From a virus: DNA of 64,000 bases. Shown one piece after another: positions 27,866 to 37,501 of this stretch. Positions within the stretch are counted from its first letter, which is position 1. Every line of letters starts with the position of its first letter. Position numbers and translations under genes: made by a program. The notes under the pieces were generated by a model. That model saw nothing but the letters and a program-made list of their open reading frames with translations. It made no database searches and was not told where the DNA came from. The stretch lies in the IMG/VR virus record IMGVR_UViG_3300045003_000166, positions 8,564 to 72,563 of that record; one strand, 5' to 3'.

Positions 27866-29466
27866 GACACCGCCCGGTCGAGGATCTTGCTGGCGTGGTG
27901 GATCGAGATGGCGTTCGACAGCTCGTTCTTGCTGAGGTTCTTGACGTTGATGCCGAGCCGGACGGCGTGACCCACCTGCGCTTCGCTGGGCCGCGCCTTC
28001 TTCTTGCGCCAGGACGCGTCCCGGGAGGCGACCATCGGGTCTTCTTCCTCCGCGTACTGCTCGGCCCAGCTCATCGCGAGGTCGAGGGAGAGGCCGCCCA
28101 TCAGCCACTCGCCACCACGGGCGGAGTAGACCCCGCACTTGCCGATCTTGAACGTGCCGTCGTCGCCGTCCGGCCACAGGAAGTAGGTGTGCTCGCGGGT
28201 GGGGATGAACCACACGCCCTTTGCCGTCTGCAGCCACGCCGCGTGGGAGGAGGTGAACAGGTCCAGTTCGCGCGCCGAGACGTCGAGCTGCAACCGGACC
28301 GACGCGTCGCGAGCGGCGCCTTCCGTCTCCTCTCGCTCCAGTGCCTCGAGCAGCAGCTCGCCCGGCTGCGGCCGGATGCCGGTCTCGGTCAGGTCGACGA
28401 TGGAGCGCAGCGACTTGCCCTCGGACGCGCCCACGACGTCGAGCAGGAGCGCGTCCCTCTTGCCCGGGTGGGGGCGCAGCACGCGGCCGGCCATCTGGAC
28501 GTAGAGCCCGTGCGACTGGGTGGGCCGGGCGAGCACCGCGCAGGAGAGCTGCGGCATGTCGAAACCCTCGGTGAGCACACCCACGGAGGAGAGCACCTGC
28601 GTGTCGCCGTGCCGGGTGCGCTTGTAGATGAGCTGGCGTTCCTCGGTCGGCGTCTCCCCCGTCACGGTCTCGGTGGGAATCCCGGCCGCGTTCAGCGCGT
28701 CGGCGAATGTCTGCGCCGCGGCGACGGTGGGGGCGAACAGGGCGCCCTGCCGGTCGGCCGCGTGCTCGCGGTACGCCTCGGCCACCACGGATCCGGCGTC
28801 CGCTTCGATGAGGGCGTCGCCGAGCGCGCCGTCCTGGTAGTCGCCCCGGGACTTCTTCACCTTCCCCAGGTCCAGGTCCGGGATGGCGACGGACGTGCCG
28901 CGCACGTCCACCAGGAAGCCCTCGCGGATGCCGAAGAGGATGTCGCGCTTGAACACGACGTCCTGCCACACGTCGCCCAGGCCCCGGTCGTCGGCGCGGT
29001 TCATGGTGGCGGTCACGCCCAGCGCGAGGACGTCGCGGAAGCAGCCGTAGTGCTCCAGGATCTCCATGTAGGTGCGGGCCGCAGCGTGATGCGCCTCGTC
29101 GACGATCACCAGGCCGACATCGCGCAACTGCTCGCGTCGGGAGAGCCGGGCGAGGGTCTGCACGGAGCCGACGACGACCTGCGCGTCCACCTCGTTCTCG
29201 GCCGCCTTCACCACGCCGACGCGAAGGGAGCGGTCGAAGGCGCGGATCTTGTCCACGGCCTGGCGCGCCAACTCGTCGCGGTGCACGAGGACCAGAGGCT
29301 TACGGCCCGCGGTCGCCGCCCGGTGGCAAAGTGCCGCGATGACCGCCGTCTTGCCCAAACCGGTAGCCATGACCACGGCGGGGCGCAGTATGCCGTCCGA
29401 CCACGCCTTCTCGACAGCGGCACAGGCGGCGTCCTGATAGTTCCTCAGGCGCAGGGATTCCATCAC
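27862..29466 (-). CDS. SF2 DEAH-box helicase
   Basis: ATGLGKT, DEAHH, TAT, LTEGFD, QMAGRVLR. Confidence 0.93.
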   Translation of the reverse strand: MMESLRLRNYQDAACAAVEKAWSDGILRPAVVMATGLGKTAVIAALCHRAATAGRKPLVLVHRDELARQAVDKIRAFDRSLRVGVVKAAENEVDAQVVVGSVQTLARLSRREQLRDVGLVIVDEAHHAAARTYMEILEHYGCFRDVLALGVTATMNRADDRGLGDVWQDVVFKRDILFGIREGFLVDVRGTSVAIPDLDLGKVKKSRGDYQDGALGDALIEADAGSVVAEAYREHAADRQGALFAPTVAAAQTFADALNAAGIPTETVTGETPTEERQLIYKRTRHGDTQVLSSVGVLTEGFDMPQLSCAVLARPTQSHGLYVQMAGRVLRPHPGKRDALLLDVVGASEGKSLRSIVDLTETGIRPQPGELLLEALEREETEGAARDASVRLQLDVSARELDLFTSSHAAWLQTAKGVWFIPTREHTYFLWPDGDDGTFKIGKCGVYSARGGEWLMGGLSLDLAMSWAEQYAEEEDPMVASRDASWRKKKARPSEAQVGHAVRLGINVKNLSKNELSNAISIHHASKILDRAVS

Positions 29467-29491
29467 GTGTCCTTTGTCAGTTGTCTTAGAG

Positions 29492-29591
29492 CGGCCACAG
29501 CGGGAGTCGAACCCGCTTTACGACGTCCAAAGAGATCGGTCGAAAACGCCTGTGTCGCACTCCCAGCGCCAGGAGTGTCCGGACCATGGCC
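29492..29591 (-). ncRNA. tRNA-like element (acceptor stem plus T arm, atypical core)
   Basis: GGCCATG…GCGGG TTCGACT CCCGC TGTGGCC G; internal CACTCCT/GGGAGTG and CGAC/GTCG helices; downstream of the promoter at 29642-29656. Confidence 0.55.
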
Positions 29592-29652
29592 TCCAACGGA
29601 AAGGTCAGCATTTTCCGCTGTGGACAAGGATACCGAGCCAGGTGACTATCTG

Positions 29653-29857
29653 TCAATACAGAAGGTTGATGACCTTGCACCGGTTGCAGTCCGGCAGGCA
29701 GTGCAGTTCGTCGTCCAGTTGGTGGGGAAGGGCGCGGTCGAGTGCGCGGACGTCGCCGCGACTGAGCACCTTGTAGCCGGCCGACTCCAGGAACCGTCAC
29801 CGCCAGGTTGATCGACACCTGGCCCGGCGTCTGCGGCTCGGCGAACGGCTTCGTCAT
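29653..29857 (-). pseudogene. small gene with one extra base
   Basis: MTKPFAEPQTPGQVSINLAV then +1 shift to RFLESAGYKVL…CLPDCNRCKVINLLY; span 205 nt = 3n+1. Confidence 0.5.
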
Positions 29858-30591
29858 CAGTGCACCGCGGCGAGGACCGACACGGCCAGGCACAGGAACG
29901 TGGCCCAGGCCAACTGTCCGAACGTGCCGCGGCGCGCGGGTCGGCCCCGGCGGCGCAACGGCGTCACGGCCTCCTCCCGCACCGGCTCGAGGAGTTGGGT
30001 GGACGGGCCGCCGTCGGTCATCGATGCGCTAGAGCGCTGGGGCAGGCGGCTGGTAGGCAGTGGCTCGAGCATCTGGGTCACGGCCTCGTCGTCCAACGGG
30101 TGCGGGCGCACCAGCAGCCGACTGGCGGGCGCCTTACCGTCGCCCCGTGGCGGGATCGCCGGCCGCACGGTGGTGGGGCGCACGGCCATGCCGTCGAAGG
30201 TGCCCTGCTCGCCGTCGCGGATCCGCGCCTCCTGGTCGAACGGGTGCCCCAGCGCGGCGTGTACGTCAGGAGTGTGCGGAACGCCTCGCGGGACTCCGGT
30301 GACGTCGGCGAAGCGCTCCTCCTGCGCCTCGATCAGCTCGCCGTGGTCCCTGTACTTCCCCGGCATGGCCGGCGGTTCCATGACCTCGTCGCCCTGCTCG
30401 CCCGTGTGCCGGTAGAACAGCCAGCGGCCCTCGTTGAACTCGGCGATCGGGTGGCGCTTGGGTTCACGGCGCGTGGACCAGCGCAGGATCCGCAGTGTGC
30501 CGTGGCTGTTGACCGCGTAGGCGTCCTCGAAGATCTGGGGGACGGACGGGTCCACGAAGACGTGGACGTCATGGCGCTTCTCGAGCTCCAT
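29857..30591 (-). CDS. hypothetical protein with C-terminal TM helix
   Basis: MELEKRHD start after GAAAAGG; hydrophobic C-terminus. Confidence 0.6.
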   Translation of the reverse strand: MELEKRHDVHVFVDPSVPQIFEDAYAVNSHGTLRILRWSTRREPKRHPIAEFNEGRWLFYRHTGEQGDEVMEPPAMPGKYRDHGELIEAQEERFADVTGVPRGVPHTPDVHAALGHPFDQEARIRDGEQGTFDGMAVRPTTVRPAIPPRGDGKAPASRLLVRPHPLDDEAVTQMLEPLPTSRLPQRSSASMTDGGPSTQLLEPVREEAVTPLRRRGRPARRGTFGQLAWATFLCLAVSVLAAVH

Positions 30592-30904
30592 ATCAATACC
30601 TTTTCTCACAATGGCTCTCACGAAGCAGAAGAGCCGCGACGGACATCACCGCACATCCCTGGAAATGAGCGGTACTTGAAAGTGACACAAACACGACATG
30701 GAACACTTGCGCTTGGCAGACTGGTAACCTTCAACCGGGCAGTCTCGGTTTTCCACTCCGGCCTTCGGGGAGAGAAACCCCAGGTCCGGCCTCCGTTCAG
30801 TTGTCAATCGCTCGGGCGAGAGGCCGAATTGTGGATCTTCCCCTCACGATCTCTCACAAAGAGTTATCGATCTTGGTTATCTCTCACGGCTTCCCACCCC
30901 CGCA

Positions 30905-31183
30905 TCACGCCTCCCGGATCTTCGCGGCGTGGCAGGTCCGGCACACCGGGACCGGCTTGCCGAACAGCGTCTTACTCGGCACCTCGCGCACGACGCCGTC
31001 CGCGCGCCAGCCCTCGCACAGGTGAGGCTCGTAGACCGGGCAGAGGCAACAACATGCGGCGTCGGCCGGGATCCTCGTCAGCGCCAGTTGGGCGGTGACC
31101 GCAGCCATGCGCTTCAGCGCACCGGCCGCCGCGTCCACGCTCTCCCGGAACGCCTCCGGGTCGAAGGGCTTGTCAGTCGTCAC
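30905..31183 (-). CDS. small Cys-rich protein
   Basis: CCCLC…CEG…CRTCH. Confidence 0.5.
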   Translation of the reverse strand: MTTDKPFDPEAFRESVDAAAGALKRMAAVTAQLALTRIPADAACCCLCPVYEPHLCEGWRADGVVREVPSKTLFGKPVPVCRTCHAAKIREA

Positions 31184-31376
31184 CGCGCTGCATCTCCCTG
31201 AACGCCTCCACCAGCTCCTCCACCGCGCTGATCGTGGCGGAGAGAGCGGCGGCCAGCAACCCTTCCTCGTGGCCCGCGCACCGGCCGTTCAACTGGTGCC
31301 ACCCGTCCAGCTCCGCCAGGCTGTCCTTCGCCTTTTCCAACTGCTCGGTCGGCATCATCGTGTCGTAGTGCGCCAC
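31173..31376 (-). CDS. hypothetical protein overlapped by the integrase tail
   Basis: GTG after GGAGGAG RBS; helical acidic sequence. Confidence 0.5.
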   Translation of the reverse strand: MAHYDTMMPTEQLEKAKDSLAELDGWHQLNGRCAGHEEGLLAAALSATISAVEELVEAFREMQRGDD

Positions 31377-32571
31377 CAGTCTCCTCCCTCCTGACACGCG
31401 CCAGCGCGTCCCGGCCCGCGGCCAGGTCCTCGGGCCGCGCGTGCACGTAGTTGTCGTAGGTGAAACTCGCCTTCGTGTGCCCCATCCACGCCGCGATCAC
31501 ATGGCCCTGCACACCGGCCCGGGCCATCCGGGAGCCGGCCGCGTGGCGCATCGCCTCGTACGGCGTCACCTTGCGCACCCCGGCCTGGTCCATCAGCCGG
31601 TACATGTAGCGGCGCAGCCGCTGCGTGTCGAACGGGGCGCCCAGTTGATCGGCCAGCACGTAGCCGCCCTGCGGGTCCAGGAACCAGGCGTCGCCCGCGT
31701 TCTCCCGCTCCGCCTCCTGGACGCGTCGCCACTCGCGCAGCGCGTCGGTGAGTGCTTCGTCCAGGGGGAGGATGCGGATTCCGGCCGGGGTCTTCGCCTC
31801 CTTCTCCACCGGCTTGCCCTTCACCATGGTGCGCACGATCATCCCCACCGCCACATTGCGGGCGATCAGGTGCACGTGCGGCCAGCGCAGCCCGCACAAC
31901 TCCTCCGGGCGAAGGGCGCGGGCGAACAGCTCCACCAGCGCGGCCAGCCGGTCCTGCGCGGCGCACGCGAAGAAGCGCTCCTCCTCGGCGTCGCTCCACA
32001 GGTCGTGCACCGGCTTGCTCCGCTTCGGCCGCTGCACGAGCCGGACCGGGTTGTAACCGATGCGCCGCTCGGCCACTGCCACATCCAGGGCCGTCTGTAG
32101 CTGCGCCAGCGTCTTGGAGATCGACGTGGGCCCGTGTCCGCGCCCGTACTTCTTCGACACGCTGCGGGCGCGTCCCTGCGTCTCCATCCACACGACCAGC
32201 TTGTCGAACTCGGCCTTGTCCAGTTCCTGCAGCGGGCGCGTGCCCATGAACCGGCGCACCGGGGCGAGGAGGTTCCGGTAGGTGTTGAGAGTCGCCGCTT
32301 CCTTCCCCCGCAGTCCCGCCTCCCAGGCGTCCAGCTCCTCGTTGAGCGTCCGCTTGGAGGGAAGGACGATCATGCCGGTGTTGATCTCGTGCCGGATGCG
32401 GGCGAGCTCGGCGCGCGCCTCCTTCAGCGTGTCCCAGGTGGAGGTGTCCTGGTTGCGCTTGCCCGGCTGCGCCGGGTCCGGGGGCAGGTCGACGACGAGC
32501 CGGTACCGGACGGTCTTGCCGTCCGCCAGCTTGATCCTGCGGATCGGCTCCTTGCCCGCCTTCGCCACCAC
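31180..32571 (-). CDS. int: tyrosine integrase
   Basis: LRPEELCGLRW, AKTPAGIR, YEAMRH, MGH, YDNYVH catalytic residues; arm-binding N-terminus. Confidence 0.92.
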   Translation of the reverse strand: MVAKAGKEPIRRIKLADGKTVRYRLVVDLPPDPAQPGKRNQDTSTWDTLKEARAELARIRHEINTGMIVLPSKRTLNEELDAWEAGLRGKEAATLNTYRNLLAPVRRFMGTRPLQELDKAEFDKLVVWMETQGRARSVSKKYGRGHGPTSISKTLAQLQTALDVAVAERRIGYNPVRLVQRPKRSKPVHDLWSDAEEERFFACAAQDRLAALVELFARALRPEELCGLRWPHVHLIARNVAVGMIVRTMVKGKPVEKEAKTPAGIRILPLDEALTDALREWRRVQEAERENAGDAWFLDPQGGYVLADQLGAPFDTQRLRRYMYRLMDQAGVRKVTPYEAMRHAAGSRMARAGVQGHVIAAWMGHTKASFTYDNYVHARPEDLAAGRDALARVRREETGGALRHDDADRAVGKGEGQPGGAGRVAPVERPVRGPRGRVAGRRSLRHDQRGGGAGGGVQGDAAR

Positions 32572-32653
32572 GGCCTCCTTCCGCCGTCAACCTTGACAGA
32601 TAGTCACGCCGCTGTCCACACTCGAGCGAACACCCTGTGGACAAGGACCCCGC

Positions 32654-32848
32654 ATGAAACCCACCCTGGACGAGATCCGCGCCTGGCCTGCCACCGTCGG
32701 CGTGAGACAGGCCGCGGCGGCGTTCGGCATCAGCGCCAGCCACGCCTACGCCCTGATCCGGGCCGGTCAGTTCCCGGCCCGGACGCTCCCGCTCGGCGAC
32801 CGGGTGAGGGTGGTCACCTCGTCGATCGTCGAGGCGCTCGGCGGCTAG
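32654..32848 (+). CDS. xis: excisionase-like HTH protein
   Basis: WPATVGVRQAAAAFGISASHAYALIRAGQFP; divergent from int, behind the operator-promoter at 32593. Confidence 0.8.
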   Translation: MKPTLDEIRAWPATVGVRQAAAAFGISASHAYALIRAGQFPARTLPLGDRVRVVTSSIVEALGG

Positions 32849-33656
32849 AGCACCAAAACCCCGTCGCCCACGATCTCCCAGCCGTCGGCGTTGTGCTTCT
32901 CGGACAGTTCGTCCGCGCGGTCCTCGGCCAGTTCGAAGGAGTCGGCGCGGATCGTGAGGTCCTTGTGTATGCCCCGGTCGATGCCCAGTCCGGGGCACTC
33001 GTCCCAGAACAGACGCACGGTGAACTTGTACATGGGATCCGACCTCCCGAATTCTTGACTGATAGTCACATCATCTCCCATGCGTGACTATCTGTCAACC
33101 TCCGGGCCGAGGTCGGAGGTTGTCGTTCGCATCCGCCTCGAGCTCGTCGAACGAACTCGGCAGCACACGGACGGTGCCGATCACGATCCCCGTCATCCGG
33201 TCACGCAGCGGGTAGGAGAAGCCCTCGACCAGATCGCCCTGCAGTCCCGACTTCTCGTCGAGGGACCGCTCCAGGAAGCGCGTCTCCGCCTCCGACCGGG
33301 TGGCGTAGTACGTCTTCCCGTCCCCGACGACGCGGTAGAGTTCAGGCACGGCGCACCGGATACACGGCGTAAGCCCAGCCGAAACCACGGTCCGCGGTCA
33401 CCCGGTTCGGGTCGTTCACGTCGATCGGGCAGGAAGCGCCGACCGACGTCTCCGGCTCCCCCACCTCCCAGAACCGGCGCGCCGGATGCCACTCCACCTC
33501 GCGCAGCGCGTGCTCCAGCTCCTCCTGCGTCGCGCCCCACGCGAGCACCCGCACACCGGTGCGCTCCGAGTTGAGGGTATCCATGCACGTCCCCTACGCT
33601 TGTCACTGGGCAATCTAGTTTGAGATTAGGGGAAACTAGTTTCCTCTGGCAAGGGG

Positions 33657-34412
33657 ATGGCTATGCCGCGTCAGGCCAAGTTTCCTGGGATTGCGGACAA
33701 ATACCGCGAGCTGATCCTGGAGGGAAGACTCAAGCCCAACACCCAGCTGCCCACCGTCGAAGAACTCGCCGGGCGGGAAGGTGTGGCCTCCGCGACCGCC
33801 GCGAAGGTCTACGCCGCGCTGCAGGTGGAGGGACTGGTGCGGATCTCGCACCGCGGCGTCTTCGTCAGCGACGAACACGGCGTCACCCTCGTGGGCCTGG
33901 ACCGGCTCTCGCGCATCCGGCGCGGACTGCCCTACCTGGTGGAGGGCGAGAGCGCGTACGTCAACTCGGCCGAGGTGGTCACCCCGCCCGCGTACGTGGC
34001 GGACCTGTTCGACCTGGACCCGTCGCTCGCCCGGGTGCTGCGCCGCGAATACGTGATCGGGCGCAGCACGCACAGGCTCATGCTCGTCGTCGACTGGATG
34101 CCGGCGGAGGCCGCCGTGCTCGCCCCGAGCCTGCTCAAGACCAACCCGAGCGGCGTCAACCAGGCCGTGGCGCTGTACCTGAAGGTCTCCGGCCGGGTCA
34201 TCACCTCCGCCCGCGACGACATGCACGCGCGCCGGGCTAGCGGCCGGGAGGCGGCGCAGCTGCTCGTGGCCACCGGCTCCCCGGTGCTCGGCCACGTGTC
34301 ACGGTGGTGGGACGACGACGGCGTCATCGTCTACTCGGAGGCGGTGCTGCCCGAGCGCGAGGTGATCGGCTACCAGACGATGCCGCCGGACCAGCTCGAG
34401 CTGGTGGACTAG
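33657..34412 (+). CDS. GntR/HutC (UTRA) regulator, KorSA-like
   Basis: LKPNTQLPTVEELAGREGVASATAAKVYAALQVEGLV…GVFV plus UTRA-like C-terminus. Confidence 0.88.
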   Translation: MAMPRQAKFPGIADKYRELILEGRLKPNTQLPTVEELAGREGVASATAAKVYAALQVEGLVRISHRGVFVSDEHGVTLVGLDRLSRIRRGLPYLVEGESAYVNSAEVVTPPAYVADLFDLDPSLARVLRREYVIGRSTHRLMLVVDWMPAEAAVLAPSLLKTNPSGVNQAVALYLKVSGRVITSARDDMHARRASGREAAQLLVATGSPVLGHVSRWWDDDGVIVYSEAVLPEREVIGYQTMPPDQLELVD

Positions 34413-34660
34413 CGCCTGCGGGCGCGGGAGATCGCCAGGGGGATCCAGACGAACAGTCCCCACGCTCCTCCCGTCCAGAACGTCAGCCAGAAGTGCAGGC
34501 GGTTGTTGAGCCCGCGGCGGCGGACATACACCGGGCCTGCCTGCTGGACCACGTTGACGACGACCTGGGGCGGAGGATAGCCGTACGGAGGCTCCTGGTA
34601 TGGGCCTCGATACGGCTGGGGCGGACGGCCAGGCACGGAGTCTTCAGGCTGGTAGGACAC
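34409..34660 (-). CDS. small Pro-rich membrane protein
   Basis: PYGYPPPQVVVNV…LHFWLTFWTGGAWGLFVWIP. Confidence 0.6.
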   Translation of the reverse strand: MSYQPEDSVPGRPPQPYRGPYQEPPYGYPPPQVVVNVVQQAGPVYVRRRGLNNRLHFWLTFWTGGAWGLFVWIPLAISRARRR

Positions 34661-34731
34661 GGCGAAACCCCCACGGGACGGTTGACCGCAGCGTACCGCT
34701 CCGCAGGGGTCTGCGTCGGAGGTTTCCTCTT

Positions 34732-35193
34732 TCAGCCCCAGTACGAGACCAGCCACCAGCCCGGCTGGTTGTCGCCGTCCGGCGCCCCGATGCCCTGCGA
34801 GGAGAGGAACGCGGCCAGCTTCTCCCTCCACGCCGGATCGACGTCCAGGCTCGTCACCGGTTCGCGGTCGCCGCGGTGCGCGGTCTTCTCCGACCCGACG
34901 GCGTACAGGTAGGGGATCGGGTAGTCGCCTGAGCAGTGCGTGTCCCAGTCGACGCCCAGCTCCTGCTTGACCTGCTTCGCCGCGTCGTACCAGGCCGAGA
35001 CCTCCTCGCGGCCCTCGCCGTCCGCCCACCGACGGTACGCCTGGTAGTCGCCGTTGTAATGCTCGTCCCACGGATCGGTGCGTCCGCGCGACTTCAGGAT
35101 CGCCTTCACCACCAGATCCATGTCGGTGTCGAACTCCTGCTGGTCCTCCCAGCAGTAGCCGTAGAACAGCACGCCGTTGGTGCTCTGGCCCAT
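34732..35193 (-). CDS. hypothetical protein
   Basis: MGQSTNGVLFYGY…PGWWLVSYWG, RBS upstream. Confidence 0.7.
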   Translation of the reverse strand: MGQSTNGVLFYGYCWEDQQEFDTDMDLVVKAILKSRGRTDPWDEHYNGDYQAYRRWADGEGREEVSAWYDAAKQVKQELGVDWDTHCSGDYPIPYLYAVGSEKTAHRGDREPVTSLDVDPAWREKLAAFLSSQGIGAPDGDNQPGWWLVSYWG

Positions 35194-35196
35194 GTG

Positions 35197-36108
35197 TCAG
35201 TCCTCACTGGCGGCGGCGCGCACGCGCTCGTCGCGGTCGGGGGCGAACAGGTCGAAGATGTTCACCCCGAAGTGGAAGGTGTAGTGGGTGAGATCCGGGT
35301 ACAGCCGGATCCACGGACGCTTCGCGCGCAGGCCCCGCAGGGACCGCTCCCAGCTCTCCGCCTCCGGCAGGTCGTCCCAGAGATCGCTGACGTGCTCGTC
35401 CCAGTAACTCCGCCGCACGTCGTCGGAATATTCCGCAGCGTCCCACTCGGCGCGGCCCTGCTCACTGCGCGCCCACTCAGGCATCCAGTCCTCGGGCATC
35501 TGCGGCGCCGCCCAGTCGGCGACACTGCGACTCGGGAAGGAGTCCGCGACCGTGTACCAGGCGACCACCGGCTCGTCGTCGCGGCACCGCAGGAACTCCT
35601 GCACCGCCGGCCAACCCAGGTCGTAGCCGTTGAGGGCGCGGCGGTAGATGCCGGTGCGCAGTCCCTCCTCGATCACCCCGGCCATCCAGGCGCGGTCCGG
35701 TCCCTCGACGAACGGGAAGCGGTCCGCCCAGTGCGCGAGCTTTGCGGCGAGGCGCACCGGGTCGCTGCCGAAGGCCAGCGCGGTGTTCAGCTCACAGTTG
35801 CCGGTGCGCAGCTCCACGCCCGCGATCACCATCCGGAAGTTGCCCACCTTCAGCGACGTGCGCAGCGAGTCGAGGAAGTCGCGCCACAGGTGGGAGCCGC
35901 CGGGCGCCTTCGCCTTCTCGAACGCGTCGAACAGGTGGCCGTTGTCGCGGTCCCGCTGCAGCAGGGCCATGATCTCCTCGGCCCGGTTCCAGCCGCCCAC
36001 GTCCCAGGCCACCTCGCCGGGCATGCCGGCGATCCTGAGCAGGTGGTGGTACTCGGCGCCGGCCAGCTCCACGCTGCCGGACGGGGAGGTGAAGACGAGT
36101 TTGCTCAT
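35197..36108 (-). CDS. hypothetical protein
   Basis: 303-aa ORF with strong GC3 bias, ATGA-coupled. Confidence 0.7.
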   Translation of the reverse strand: MSKLVFTSPSGSVELAGAEYHHLLRIAGMPGEVAWDVGGWNRAEEIMALLQRDRDNGHLFDAFEKAKAPGGSHLWRDFLDSLRTSLKVGNFRMVIAGVELRTGNCELNTALAFGSDPVRLAAKLAHWADRFPFVEGPDRAWMAGVIEEGLRTGIYRRALNGYDLGWPAVQEFLRCRDDEPVVAWYTVADSFPSRSVADWAAPQMPEDWMPEWARSEQGRAEWDAAEYSDDVRRSYWDEHVSDLWDDLPEAESWERSLRGLRAKRPWIRLYPDLTHYTFHFGVNIFDLFAPDRDERVRAAASED

Positions 36109-36395
36109 CGCGGCTGCCCGTCCGATCCGCGCCAATCGTCCCAACCCCTGCGGTGCACGGCCGGTTCGTGATTCTCGGCCAGCAGGCATCGGTCGCCGAA
36201 CCGGGAGACTGACGGGCACTGCGACACGCTCGGGTTCTGCCAGGTGCCCGGGTCGGTGAACGCGTAGGCGGTCTTCCACCTGGCTCCGCACGGCTTGCAG
36301 ACGAACTTGTCGTCCTCGAGCTCGACGGTCCGCCCGCACACCGAGCAGTTCGGCATCGCCATCTCCAGCTCGGGAGGATCCTCGCGTTCCTCCAT
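36105..36395 (-). CDS. Zn-ribbon protein
   Basis: CSVCG…CKPCG. Confidence 0.6.
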   Translation of the reverse strand: MEEREDPPELEMAMPNCSVCGRTVELEDDKFVCKPCGARWKTAYAFTDPGTWQNPSVSQCPSVSRFGDRCLLAENHEPAVHRRGWDDWRGSDGQPR

Positions 36396-36733
36396 CAGCT
36401 CCTCTTCCTGTTGATCAGGCGCTCGTCTTCGAGCAGGTGCGCGCGCAGCGACGCGCCCAGCTCCTCCAGCGCCAGGCGCAGACGGGCGGCGTCCGCCTCG
36501 GCCGCCGCCACCCGGGTGAGAAGGTCGGAGGCGTCCACGCCGCGGGTGACCCGCGAGCCGGCCAGTGCGAGGCGCACCTCCTCCAGGTTGTAACGGCGGT
36601 GCCCGGACGGCGTCACGTCACAGGGGATCTTGCCGGTCTTCGCGTAGCGGCTCACGGTGGCCACGTCGATTTTCAGCATCCGGGCCACCTCGCCCGGCCG
36701 AGCGGTGCGCGCGGGCGCGATGTCCTCCATCAC
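36395..36733 (-). CDS. BldC/MerR-like HTH protein
   Basis: PGEVARMLKIDVATVSRYAKTGKIPCDVTPSGHRRY. Confidence 0.82.
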   Translation of the reverse strand: MMEDIAPARTARPGEVARMLKIDVATVSRYAKTGKIPCDVTPSGHRRYNLEEVRLALAGSRVTRGVDASDLLTRVAAAEADAARLRLALEELGASLRAHLLEDERLINRKRS

Positions 36734-36942
36734 GCCTCCCAGCTGATGTCGATGTTCGCCTTCGCGATCAGGTCGTCGATCTCGCGCAGCGCTTGGTCCC
36801 GGTCCTGTTCGCTGAGGTTCTTCAGCGACTCCTCGTCCTCGCTCATCTCGGAGATGGACAGGAACTCCACGTCGCGGGCGTGGTCGAGCATGATCTCCGC
36901 GGCGATGCGCCGCAGCTCCTCCTGGGACGGGTACGCGCTCAT
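36730..36942 (-). CDS. hypothetical acidic protein
   Basis: coupled ORF. Confidence 0.6.
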   Translation of the reverse strand: MSAYPSQEELRRIAAEIMLDHARDVEFLSISEMSEDEESLKNLSEQDRDQALREIDDLIAKANIDISWEA

Positions 36943-37286
36943 GGTCGCCCGCCCAGCAGCAGGTACGCGCGCATGATCGTGCCCGCGCCCTGGTCCTGGA
37001 CGTGCAGGTCGAGCCAGTTGCGTAGCAACCTAACGGCCTCGGCCCGGTCGTCGGCCTCCATCCTCAACTGGGTGAGGTAGACCGTCAGGTCGACGGCTTC
37101 CTCCCAGGCGTCCTGCAACGCGTCGCGGCCGTTGTGCGTCATCAAGGGCTGGCCGTAGCGCTCGACCCCCAGGTTCCTGCGCTCGCGGATCGCCTCGATC
37201 AGCCGGTCCTGGACGCACTCCCGGCCACCGCTCGGCAGCGGCTGGTCGCCCGGTCTCTGCTTGTGGGAAGAGGAATCCTCCGTCAC
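36939..37286 (-). CDS. all-alpha NTP-pyrophosphohydrolase-like protein (tentative)
   Basis: GVERYGQPL…LQDAWEEAVDLTVYL EExxD motif. Confidence 0.5.
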   Translation of the reverse strand: MTEDSSSHKQRPGDQPLPSGGRECVQDRLIEAIRERRNLGVERYGQPLMTHNGRDALQDAWEEAVDLTVYLTQLRMEADDRAEAVRLLRNWLDLHVQDQGAGTIMRAYLLLGGRP

Positions 37287-37501
37287 GACGCCACCTTTTC
37301 CCAGCCCGAGCCCTCACGCTCCGTCGCGTCGACCCAATACGGTGAGTCGTGCGTCAGGGCGGTCGCGGCGGCCAGGGCCAGTGTCGCGTGCACCTGTGCC
37401 GCACGAAGGTGATAGGACTCCTGATCACTGCCGTATTTCTCGCTCTTGGCCAACTTCAGGAACTCTTCGGCTTCCTTGTAGTGCTCCGGTCCGGTCGCCA
37501 T
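37283..37501 (-). CDS. hypothetical protein
   Basis: TGPEHYKEAE…AQVHATLALAAATAL, a motif common in actinophages. Confidence 0.65.
   Translation of the reverse strand: MATGPEHYKEAEEFLKLAKSEKYGSDQESYHLRAAQVHATLALAAATALTHDSPYWVDATEREGSGWEKVAS

Noticed and set aside
29492-29591. tmRNA or tRNA-Sec
   Set aside because: It is too short for tmRNA, with no tag ORF or alanine-type acceptor, and has no UCA anticodon arm.
25869-29811. Long plus-strand ORFs (611 and 638 aa) as overlapping genes
   Set aside because: They are shadow frames of high-GC genes with no recognisable motifs, unlike the antisense ORF in the intein.
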